Part shown: piece after piece, positions 9,805 to 20,000 of the stretch
Position numbering within the stretch: the first letter of the stretch is position 1
Layout: the number at the start of each line of letters is the position of its first letter
Assembly (NCBI GenBank): GCA_001687465.1
Contig: LVLI01000072.1
Span: 51,392-71,391, forward strand
From: Halocafeteria seosinensis
Lineage: Eukaryota
DNA: 20,000 nt
Direction: 5' to 3'
The notes under the pieces: generated by a model
Seen by the model: only the letters and a program-made list of their open reading frames with translations
Told to the model about the DNA's origin: nothing
Databases searched by the model: none
Position numbers and translations under genes: made by a program

Positions 9805-10788
9805 ATGGGGGATGTCTTCAGCAGAGAATACACAGGGACTTTGGATGAAGTGATCCTGTCATTTATCTGCCGGGGTCATGATCAAGTCAGTCGGTGGGTA
9901 GGAAGCAAAGGACTGGAATGGTATGCTACTGTTGTACCAAATAACGAAACCTGGCAGGATACTCTACTGCGACTATATGACAAATATGGCCGCAAGCTAA
10001 ATTCCGAAAACAACGTGTTTGATGGTGTGAATATGTGCCATCCTCTGGCCTGTGCAGCCTATAATGGGAACGTCCCTGTTGTCCGCTTCCTGATCGAGAG
10101 GTGTCATGTAGATGTTAATGCTGACTCCCCTGTAAGTGCATGATGTCACACACAGTGCACTGGTACTTTACTCCGTTCTCCGTGTGTCTTGTCTTGATGA
10201 AACTCAGGGAAAAACGACCGCATTGTTTCGGGCCACAGTTCACTGGCATTTGGAAGTTATTAAGATCCTTGTCGAGGAGTATGGGGCTGACATGACGCTA
10301 CGTTCAAAACGATGGGTACGTTGCAAATTGCTACTCTCGGACCCCGAATAAAGTGGAGTTGCTGATGGTACATGTATCGTTTTCGTGTGTGTTCCGTGTG
10401 TGTTCAGGGAAAGTATGTCACTCCATTAGAGTATACTGAAAGTCAGAAACTTGAACACATCCGCTATGCGCGGCATGATAGTCGGGGATGGCGCATTCAA
10501 CTTCGGACACTTGAATCTGTTCATCTGCTTTTAAGCTCTCTACAAGCAACCCAAACTTCTTTAGGAGAAACGGAGGAGAACACCCCGGCTCCCAAGGAAT
10601 CGATGCGGAATGTGTCGAAACTAGAGCAATCCAGCGTCAAAAAATGGGGTCTCTGGAGACGCCGACGAAGTTGTGTGTGTTTAGAGGAAGAAGACTCAAG
10701 TAATACGGAAAGAGAACATCTTCTTTCTGCCTCCAACTCCGTTGCACCTGTCGAAGATCCACTCAGTCCATGCCTTCAGTTCCACTGA
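9805..10788 (+). CDS. Ankyrin-repeat protein (3 exons, 271 aa)
   Basis: Exons 9805-10131, 10208-10315 and 10408-10788 join in phase 0. Ankyrin motifs are HPLACAAYNGNVPVVRFLIERCHVDVNA, GKTTALFRATVHWHLEVIKILVEEYGADMT and GKYVTPLEY. Confidence 0.85.
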
Positions 10789-10790
10789 AG

Positions 10791-11306
10791 TATACAGGAC
10801 CGAATCGAATTCCTGAAGAGGATCGTCATCGGGTTTTCGTTGGAGCACTAGGGGGGGACAAAGTTGTGGAAACTGATGGCCAAACTGTCTATAGCAGTGA
10901 TGCGCCGTATCGGGCGGACGCTGGGTCGGCGTGGGTGAAGCGTAAAATGTACACTTTTCCTTCCGGTGGGAGCAATGCTAATACATACGAGCAATCTGAG
11001 AAGTATTGTTAATGTATGCATACCAGTATGTACCACGTTTTCTGGTACACCGTACACCTGTACTTCGTCAGATACCACAGGTGTTCGGTGTCAGATACAC
11101 TTGTACCTATGAGAGAACAGTATCGCATTAAGTTTTCAACATCTATCCCCGATTGCAAATTGGATTGCGTGGCCAATGTTTCAGCAACGCACCGTGTACC
11201 AACGGTATCGTACGCCACATGAGGTGGCTTAGGGGTGGAGACACCGGTACAGTTTTACCCGCGGGTAAAATATAATTTGCCGATATGGGCGATTTGTCCT
11301 GTATAG
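10791..11306 (+). pseudogene. Possible degenerate malectin-like carbohydrate-binding domain with two in-frame stops
   Basis: A single frame reads VFVGALGG..TDGQTVYSSD..YEQSEKY * ..YTVHLYFV..LDCVANVS.. * GG..VQF..NLPIWAI, matching the order of malectin motifs; stops are TAA 11010-11012 and TGA 11220-11222. Confidence 0.35.
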
Positions 11307-11680
11307 CACCTTCTACAGGAGACATAGACATCTCGCCGGGGAGCACTATGGCTCGTTTGCTCAAGGTGACTGTAGGGTTGTATGGTAGTAGCGTGTGCTT
11401 TTCGACTATGGGGTGGACTCAAAGACGAAACCGTTATTGCTGAGCGCATAGCATCAAGTGATTTGCAGGCACATGTGACCAGTTGCAGCATGGCCAGCGC
11501 TGCTTTTGAGTGCAAAACTCACCTCCCCACAAACTTACGTTGTATACAGTATGTCTTGCGGTAAATGAACTGTAAACCATGTGTATGAAGCTGATATCCA
11601 TAGATATCAATCAATGATCGGTTTTAATTCAACCTGTCAGGGGGAGAAAACTCTATGAAACCAAGTTTTGTACAATCTTT

Positions 11681-13479
11681 TCAGTCTTGATCTTCGTCTA
11701 CATCATCCATTACGAACACAGATCTCACAGGTTTCGCAGTCTGAGGCGTTGTCAGCAACGATTTACCTCTGGAACGACTGCTTGTGGCACTAGTACTACT
11801 CTTTGTATGATTCACCGGTGCCACACTAGACGATATTCGTTCGCGACTTCCAGTCGCTTCTTTGGTATGGGTCGTCGTCGGTACTGAACTCGACGACGCT
11901 GTGACCCGGTAAGTTTTCGAGGAAGAACCGTCTCCTGGCACACGACGCTTAGCAACTTGCGCTTTCACTCCTTCTTCCCCTAAGGAATCAACAGGCACAT
12001 ATGGCAACATTGTTGCCCGGCTCGGTTTTGCTGGTCTTATCCTATGTTTATCTTCTTTCTTTGGGCTTGATGCTTTGGCTGGTTCTGTGCCACTATGGCT
12101 TTTTTCGCTCTTAGCTATTGTATCCTCATCGAGAAGCTCACCATCATCATCATATCCTGAAATCAAATCATGGCTAGTCGTACGGCTTCTGAGATTGTCG
12201 GTCGTTGGTTCAGATTGGTCGCTTGTCTGAGGTCTTGGACCGCTACTTGCGCACTGGATCTCTACTTGGGAATGGGTTGTGCCTTGTCGTCGTCCGTGGC
12301 TCGATCGTCGGAGCGACCTCGTTTTCTGAGAATCTGAAAGAGACCTCTGGTTCTTGCAAGAGTCATGCTTAGAGTCTGAGTCTTCCTTTCCTGTTATACC
12401 ATATGCATTCTCAGTGTCGTGTGTCGTATGCTCGTAACTGCTATCATCCAAATTGGAATCCACGCTGTAGGTCGCCGAATCATCCATAGAATGAATTGAC
12501 GAACGCTGCGTCCGCTCTTGTGGAGTCGATACGTCTCTTTCCATAGACTTGGTTAAGGACGAATTCGACGGAGAATTGGCAGTACCGGTGAACGAGCGTC
12601 TACATTGTGGGTCCAAAGTGAGCTGTCGTGGCGAGTTACTCGAATTCCTCGGTGAAGACAACGACGACGACGAGGGGTGCTGTGGCTGTACTCCCACTTC
12701 TGCAATCGACACTGTAAGTAAGTGTCGATCATGCTTAAGTTCTGGTATTGCTTTCTCTTTCCCCGCTGTCTGGCAGTCAGGAGGAATCGAAACTTCGTTC
12801 AGACGTTGTCGTATTTCTTGAAGCTTCGTTTGCTCTCTCAGTTTGTCATAGGGTTCGACCTTCGTCCCTACAGCCGCAGGGCTCTGTAGACCTCCGTGCG
12901 ATTGGCCATCTTCCTGCACTCCTTGAAGCTCCGTCTGAGCCGCTGCGTTCCTCTTTGAGCGCGTAGGTGGCGGCGGTAATAGACTTAACCGAGATGCATT
13001 TTCCTTGGTCGAACCACTTGATCCTTCATCGATTTTGTGCGTTCCTTGGGCTGATACATTCTCTGTATTGGTTGTATGAGCTTCTGGGGTTGAAGCTGGT
13101 TTCTGCACGAGTAAGGGCGATTTAGACCATGTAATGCCTTCTATCCAAGGATCCCACAATACAGTATGAAGAAAATACATACATTTTTCGTTTCCGGTGG
13201 TCCGGGTATGGAACATCGTCCTTTGGGAGGGGTTTTGGAAGGAGAAGAATCCGTGGGTTTAGGCGGAGGAGGTGGGATAGCAAGATTCTTTTTGCCTATA
13301 TTAGGCTTTTTCGGGTTCGATATAGACATTCTACCTTTATCATGTGTCCACTGTAATAAATTTCAACCCTATAGTAATTTGGTAATACATCCAAAAATGG
13401 AGCCGAAAACACTCACTTTGTGGGTGGGGGGTGGGGGTGGAGGAACTGAAAGACGCTTCTTATTAGTTCTACTAGACAT
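11681..13479 (-). CDS. Low-complexity, probably disordered Ser/Thr-rich protein with N-terminal polyproline motifs (3 exons, about 550 aa)
   Basis: Exons 13479-13417, 13350-13183 and 13102-11681 join in phase 0 (GTGAGT/TACAG, GTATGT/TGCAG); the last exon is a 474-codon open frame. No recognisable domain. Confidence 0.7.
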
Positions 13480-14217
13480 TTGACGTGGTAATTTTGGAAT
13501 GAACCTTTGCGGGCTCGTAGTTGGTACTTTTGAGTATTCACAAACGATGATGTGTTACACCAGAGTATGAATTGATTTAAACCCACTGAATGTGGATCAG
13601 GAACCCGGCAGGCGTTTCTTTTGTTTTGGAGTTCGGACTGGGAGCCGTGGAATCACTCAACCACGACCAGGTACAAAGGTTAACATCACTGACAAAAAAT
13701 AACTTAGGAGGCCCTCTTCCGTAAACCGCTTGACAAGGTTGAGGTCGAGTAGCCTTGCCAAATCAATTAGCGGTACAATTGTAGTGTGTAAAGAATCGGG
13801 CTCAGAGGGTCAGTGTTGATACGCTAATCGGATACCATTATCATACCAATGTAAAGGAAACTCGGAGAATCTTTCCAACAGTAGTTCCAAGACTTGAACA
13901 TTCCCAACAACTAGTTTGGCGTGGAGATGATACGGGAAACGTCTCTTCCAGGAGCAGATACCTGAGATTAAAACGATCTATACAACTGTATCGGCGTGCG
14001 TACGGTAGATGTCTACGGTAAAAGAAGCTGAAAGGGCGCAAAGAGTAGGAACCAAACAGCCACTGGACATGGTGAGAACGTGTGTGAAGTTTCGTTCGAC
14101 GGAAGTTTAAGTTTAAGAAGTTGGTTTGTCCAAGGCAAAGAGTATCGTCTGTTTCCTTCGACGGATTTTACTCGACATCGTTTTGATACCTGATATTTAC
14201 CATCAACCATCGGCACA

Positions 14218-16074
14218 ATGCCTCAAGTGGGAGAAGCCAACGCAGACTGTGGATCAGTACAAAGGTCGGGTGAAAAAGTCCTTCGGATCTACCTAGGGTC
14301 GTGGTTTCAGTATCATCCTAATAGACAATACTATACTTGTGACACTCTAGGCCGCAGAAGAAATGCAGAAATTGTACTGAAGAGCAATCTCAAATACGTC
14401 GCAAAGTTTTGGAAGATGGTCGGAACAATTGATGAGGAACAGAAGAAGGACGCCATTGATTGGGTATTTTCCCTTCCGTGGCCCAAGTGCACCTTTATTT
14501 GGTCCGGTATACCAGACTGGAACTGCTTCCCAAATTTTTCCGGTACAGTATGGCGGCAGCGCTGGATGTGCCCCTTTAACTGCGAGCAAATGTCGCGCGT
14601 AGAGTCACTTGATCTTCTAACGGACTCAAACGGTATTTCAAGTTCAATGGCTCAGCATTTGTCTTGTCTGACGTCGCTCCAAATACGTTGGATTTCCACT
14701 TCTAACAGGAGCGCCATGTCAGAATCTGCCTTCCAGCACCTTTCAAATCTGCGTGCACTAGGTATGTCCTTTGAGGCAGTATCTCCTGAACAAACTCTGC
14801 GAGTATTAGGTATGTCGTTGGGGACAGAATCTTCTCCCCCAATCCCAGATGCTGGGTTTCGACAGTTATCTAAACTGACTCAATTAAGCATCACGTGTTG
14901 CTACGAGTATATCATCACCGACTCTGCAATCCGGCATTTGGCAAATTTAAGGTATTTGGAAATGAATTGCTGTTGTCTGACGGAGGCTACAGACTTGGCC
15001 ATTCAGTCCTTATCCAACCTGACATCTTTAAGTTTGAAAGAATGCTATCCATCTAATGAGCTAAGCAGCTTTAGCCCGTTGTCTTTCCAGCATTTCTCCA
15101 AGTTGGAGTGCCTTGTGTATACCCCGTTTGACAGCGGTATCATCTGTGACGCAACAAGTCGGCCAGCAAGTCTCTCAAGAACCAGGACAAAATTCCAGAA
15201 AAGGGTGATAAATAATGGACAGCAGGTAACGGAAATCGAGTTAGCCTTTCAGCATTTGTCCAAATTGACAAGGCTGGATATGAGTACCACTCAGTACAAC
15301 CAGCAGGCAGTTGTTACAGATTCTGTTTTTCAAAATATGTCCAGTTTACTCTGGCTGGAAATGCGTGTGCGTTGTCAATCGACGATAACGGATTCTGCTT
15401 TCCAACATTTGTCCAGACTGCTCCGGCTAGATATGAGACAGTGCAACCAATCGACCATAACAGATTCTACGTTTCAGCACCTGTCGAACTTAAAGTCCCT
15501 GGATATGAGCGGCTGCGATCAGCCGACAATCACCAGCTGTGCTTTCCAGCATTTGTCCTGCTTACGATGGTTGAGAATGGTTGAATGCTCCCAGTCGACT
15601 ATTACAGACTCTGCTTTCCAACGTCTGTCAAATTTGACATGCTTGGAAATGAGAAGGTGCTACCAGACGACGATTACGGATTCTGCTTTCAAACATCTGT
15701 CCAAGGTGGTTTGGTTAGATATGGAGTGGTGCAATCAAGCAACGATTACTAGTCATGGTTTTCAACACCTATCCAATTTATTGTGGTTGGATATGAGTAA
15801 GTGCTATCAGAAAACGATAACAGATTTTGCTTTTAAGCATCTGTCCAAACTGACATATTTGAACATGAACCACTGCCATCAAACGACTATTACTAATGCT
15901 GCTTTCCAACATCTTTCGAATCTTTTGGAGTTGGATATGAAGGATTGCTCTCAAGGAACGATCGATGATACTGTTTTCCAGCATTTGTCAGGTTTAACTA
16001 TCTTAGATATTGGCGAGAGAACAATGCCGAACTTGCAGCTTTTACCACACTTAAGTCAGGAGCCCACCATCTAA
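14218..16074 (+). CDS. Intronless leucine-rich repeat protein (cysteine-containing LRR type), 618 aa
   Basis: Consensus ITDSAFQHLSxLxxLDMxxCxQxT repeated regularly, with more degenerate copies N-terminally. The start codon is not certain. Confidence 0.9.
   Translation: MPQVGEANADCGSVQRSGEKVLRIYLGSWFQYHPNRQYYTCDTLGRRRNAEIVLKSNLKYVAKFWKMVGTIDEEQKKDAIDWVFSLPWPKCTFIWSGIPDWNCFPNFSGTVWRQRWMCPFNCEQMSRVESLDLLTDSNGISSSMAQHLSCLTSLQIRWISTSNRSAMSESAFQHLSNLRALGMSFEAVSPEQTLRVLGMSLGTESSPPIPDAGFRQLSKLTQLSITCCYEYIITDSAIRHLANLRYLEMNCCCLTEATDLAIQSLSNLTSLSLKECYPSNELSSFSPLSFQHFSKLECLVYTPFDSGIICDATSRPASLSRTRTKFQKRVINNGQQVTEIELAFQHLSKLTRLDMSTTQYNQQAVVTDSVFQNMSSLLWLEMRVRCQSTITDSAFQHLSRLLRLDMRQCNQSTITDSTFQHLSNLKSLDMSGCDQPTITSCAFQHLSCLRWLRMVECSQSTITDSAFQRLSNLTCLEMRRCYQTTITDSAFKHLSKVVWLDMEWCNQATITSHGFQHLSNLLWLDMSKCYQKTITDFAFKHLSKLTYLNMNHCHQTTITNAAFQHLSNLLELDMKDCSQGTIDDTVFQHLSGLTILDIGERTMPNLQLLPHLSQEPTI
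15313..16020 (+). repeat. Ten tandem 72-bp (24-aa) LRR units, last one partial
   Basis: Unit starts at 15313, 15385 ... 15961 (exactly 9 x 72 bp apart). Confidence 0.92.
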
Positions 16075-16183
16075 ACACGGGGGCAACTGTGAGATAATCC
16101 GTTCGGAACGAGCCTGCAGTCTGTTGTGTTAATTCGTTTAGCTTCCTAGTACTTAGTATTGGGATACGGAAACTGTCTGGAAA

Positions 16184-16188
<5 letters not shown>

Positions 16189-16226
<38 letters not shown>
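16189..16226 (+). repeat. (TG)19 microsatellite
   Basis: Perfect dinucleotide run seen directly. Confidence 0.98.
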
Positions 16227-16228
<2 letters not shown>

Positions 16229-16462
16229 AAGATAAAGAGTCTGGAATATCCAAGTTGGCATACACTCTACTACACTACTTGACACGTTGGAGCAGATTTC
16301 CCATTACACTTTGCTGAATTGCTACTTGTAAAGTAGTATTACACCATCGTTCCTATGTTAATGTTCTCTGGAGAGCTCTTCATTAGTTCCAGATAATAGG
16401 ACATCTCCGAAAAAGAATTGTTAGCATTCCTCATAGAATTCTTTTCGTCACAACTACACCTC

Positions 16463-17652
16463 ATGGCTCCTAGAATGACCGATTCATCAACATCCAATAA
16501 AAGTACAGAGTGCTTTGCAGAGTACCTCAAAGAAGATCTAGCCTCATCTGTGTCCAATTTTGAGGAAATGAAGAAAAGGAATCGTGCAGTATTTGATGAA
16601 AAACTAACTCAATTCCTTGAGCTTTACAGGAGACAAACACATGAATTACAAGTAAGATATCAATTTATTTGATAAAAATTCTTTCCTTATACGTGTTAGG
16701 TGATATTGATCTAAGTTACAGCATCTAAAACAGCAAAACAGAGAGCTCCAGGAGCAAAAGGAATCCTTGACTATGGAGAAACAGGATGCTCAACAACGTA
16801 TGTAGCATTCATATCCATACCAGTCGCCATACCATTCTCAATGTCTACATACACTGCTAGCTAACAAGACAACCTGCGTGCATAACTTTGTTGAGTGAAC
16901 GTACAGAAATTGAAGAGTATGCCCAACTCTTCAAGGACTGGACTACTAAAAATGATACGCTCTTGTTGATCGAAAGACAAAATAAGGGCCTAATTGATGA
17001 GCTTGTCCGCCTTCGCAAAGCGTGCGTGTGTAACAATATTGCTTTCCGCCTGCGCAACTTTTGCCTAACTCGTTCTCAAGCTGAGTCTTCCAATTCTCCT
17101 GCAGCAAGAGCTCAGATTTGGACCATATCCAGGAACGGTACCAAACAATGCTGTCACAACACTTAGAAAGCATCGAAGATCTAAAGGACGAACTATACAC
17201 TTCCGGTATGCTATCCTTTTACCAGCGTAACAGTTCCGTTCAGCCCGACCATTGCTTGGACTGAAAGCTGCACTTCAGAAAATAGAGCAAAGAAGCTACA
17301 TTCCGAAATAAAGGCTTGGAAAGACAAAGTGTCTGACAAGGACCAGCAGATAGCAACCATGGAACAATACAGGAAGCGCTTGGAGGGTGACAAAGCTGAG
17401 TTGAACCGTCAGTTGCAGAGACTACAAGACAAGGTACGCGACTCCTCATACGCTGAAGTACACGCAAATAGGCCGTTATTTTGAACCAAAGTGCAGTACG
17501 AAAAGGCCATCTTGGACAGCCCTATGGAGCTAGGCTTCACTGTGCACAATTCTCGTCCACCAAAGCCATCGAAGGTTAGTTGGTTCTACCTGTGCCGTCT
17601 CAAAAACTCGAAAAACACATATCTCCTAATACAGAGGGGGCGCAAGAAGTAA
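16463..17652 (+). CDS. Hypothetical coiled-coil protein (7 exons, 243 aa), mostly missed by the ORF track
   Basis: Exons 16463-16651, 16722-16797, 16907-17021, 17105-17205, 17279-17433, 17497-17574 and 17635-17652 join in frame with GT-AG introns of 60-109 nt. The product is E/K/Q/L heptad-rich and ends in basic PSKRGRKK. Confidence 0.75.
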
Positions 17653-17658
17653 ATTCCG

Positions 17659-19427
17659 CTATGACGAGTTAATTTCCCGAGCGCGGCCGATATAGAACTG
17701 CATAGTGTGCTTTTCTTCTTTTGTCATCATCGGGTCTAGCAACACGCTCGCATCAGGAATATCATGTGCTAAAAATAGTTGTGAATCTTTCGTATCCTTT
17801 AAAGGGCTTTCCACAAAGGTGTCGGTGGGGTAAAAGCACTCCACATCCTCCGGACGATTGAGAGACCAATACATTATCACTCTGAGAGCTCGAATAAACC
17901 AAACGAGGTCGTGAGCGGTAGGTCTTTCTGATTTTCCTTCCTTAAATACAAGCGGGAGAGGATACGAGGAGTCACTTTGAGCACTCAATTCTAACCTGCA
18001 TTACATTTACTTCCTGTATAAATAGAAAGGAGAAAACGTGCACAAGGTTACGAACCTGTCCGCTGCTTCCAGATCGTCGAACGGTAGAGATGTGCAATCC
18101 TCGAACAGCAGTGATGCCTCCTTCTTGCCCCAAAACGGCTGCCCTTTCTGTCGTGTGGTCGCGCTGTGGTAGCATTCGTTCTGTAACACTCAATAGAGAC
18201 AAATGAAGGACATCATCTCATTTCGACTGTCCGCTGCAGAGACATGCATAAGGAGCTTACCTTGGAATGTCTAGTCCAATCCTCTTTCTGACATTCACGG
18301 CTGCAGTAGTAAACAGCCTTGCACCTTGAGCAACGCTTCAAATCACTCATCGTCTTTCCACACTCCGGATGATAGCACTTAAGATCTACGCTATGTGGTA
18401 CCGCCTGAGCTACCTTATTGCCTTCAATCGTATGATCCATTGAAGACATCATCCGTTGCTCGGCATCCCATCGGTTATGGAACATGCATATGCCTCTTAC
18501 ACCTTGGCTCCTGCGAGCAACTGCCTCTTCGTTATTCTCCTCTTGCTGGTCTTGAACTTCCTCAGCTTCGCTGGCTGAAGAGTACCCCAGTACCCCAACC
18601 CAAACGGTGCCCGGATTTAACTTTACGAAAGGCAGGGGATGAGCCTCTGCTGTCACTTTGATGCGAAAACATTGCCTTTCTTTGATAAATTTCCATGGCT
18701 TTAATTTATAGAAGTCCTGAGCTGCCAACCAAAATGTCTGGAATAGCTCATCCGTCACATTGGAAACACTCAATAAGCCAGGCTTTTTATTCGTAGGCGC
18801 CACATCAGCCATTTCATTTTCCAAAAGTTGCTTGGCGACCGCCTGTGCGTAGTCATCGAATGCCTTCGCCTCTGACAAATGACCGCATTCGATGCCTACT
18901 TCCGCAAGGGAAGCGTGTAGCTGCGCAGCTAGAGCCTTGTCCACAAACACAATCTTTCCGGGTCGATGCTGGGAATCACTTTCCGGTGGCGATAAAATCA
19001 AGGTTTTAATTGCATCGAGGACATGATGCACGGAAGGACCCTCCTCTGGAGGGTCACACGGGCGCCTGTATAGTAGCTTTCCGGAAGGGTACAAATTCCC
19101 GACAAACAAAAAATATGGCCGACAGGGTTTGACTTCCTCGGAATCCGATGTTTGCGAAGCCGCGCTCCAGACCCGAAGCGGTTTGCCCACGATTTGCCAA
19201 ATCTCCTTGGGACGTTGCTCTTTGGACCTGAGTGTATCTATTAGCTTAGAGTCTTCTCCGTCTTTTTCGATGAATTTTGGCCAGTGATTCGTCTGTATAG
19301 GCGTATAATCCTCCTCGGGAGGCCCTCTGTCTCCCGAAGCTGCCTCCTCTTGAGCCAAGATTCGCTCCCATTTGGCGTAATCTCGGTCCAAAGGGGACCG
19401 CAAGGAATCCCCCTGTGAAGCCGCCAT
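17659..19427 (-). CDS. MYND-type zinc finger protein (3 exons, 542 aa)
   Basis: Exons 19427-18261, 18180-18056 and 17995-17659. The MYND signature CYHPEC..KRCSRCKAVYYCSRECQKEDWTRHSK|NEC is completed across intron 1. Confidence 0.88.
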
Positions 19428-20000
19428 TGTATTCCACCGAAATAATCGGTCGAAATCTATCAATTACGAGTGTATGAAAGACATTTTGAATTTTACTCTT
19501 GTGCACACGGGACCATCGCATTATCCTAATGTGCTGAACCGTCAAACTTTCCTTCGGGTACGGGGATACCCGGGGTCAGCGAACTTTAAAGGGTATTTAT
19601 TCAACAGATTTGGGCATGATGGTGGTGTTTCACATCTGTAGTGTGGGAGAAGTAGTCATAGAAAGCGTTGATCACCAGAGAATCCGAATTCATGAAGTTT
19701 GGGATACGAATAGAGTCGTTCAAACAGACGGTAAACCCAGTCCGTGGAGGGTTCAGTTGGGGAAGAAAATGTGTTCGCGGATAGAAAGCAATTGCATCCA
19801 GGATAGTAGCGCAATTTAGAAGGGGTGAAAGAAAATGAGTGAAAGAGAGAGGTAAGAACGTTGATACGCAATAGGAAAAGAGGTTAATGTAGCCAGGTAC
19901 CCAGTGCCGCGTGGTCGACCACGGCGTAGTGTACGATGTTTAGGATCTATGAGGAGCCTGCATGATTGTTCGATCAGTGTTATTTTCCGAAGGATAACTT

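Noticed and set aside
13500..14217. Upstream F-box exon for the LRR gene
   Set aside because: No F-box motif or convincing exon found; treated as divergent intergenic sequence.
15313..16020. Regular repeats as a CRISPR-like array
   Set aside because: In-frame degenerate coding repeats with no constant repeat/unique spacer structure and no cas genes.
19910..19923. 14-bp palindrome cgtggtcgaccacg
   Set aside because: About one is expected by chance in 20 kb.
19500..20000. Short ORFs at the window end
   Set aside because: No recognisable motifs or supported gene structure.

Overview
Gene-dense eukaryotic (protist-like) DNA with short GT-AG introns (about 59-125 nt) and the standard genetic code; no prokaryotic operon, CRISPR or RNA gene is visible. 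I assembled six spliced genes by hand: a long-chain acyl-CoA dehydrogenase (8 exons), a multi-pass membrane protein, an ankyrin-repeat protein, a Pro-rich disordered protein, a coiled-coil protein and a MYND zinc-finger protein. Two genes are intronless: a secreted discoidin/F5/8C-like protein with a mucin stalk (plus a tandem pseudogenised paralog) and a 24-aa-repeat LRR protein. The most unusual signals are (i) a 144-bp, 98%-identical dispersed repeat ending in a (TG)n tail that looks like the 3' end of a non-LTR retroelement, possibly TG-microsatellite targeting; (ii) an apparently circularly permuted discoidin domain with variable loops and a probable gene-conversion tract; (iii) a cryptic malectin-like relic broken by in-frame stops; and (iv) convergent genes whose stop codons are 6 bp apart. 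Family assignments are from motif recognition only; no database search was run.
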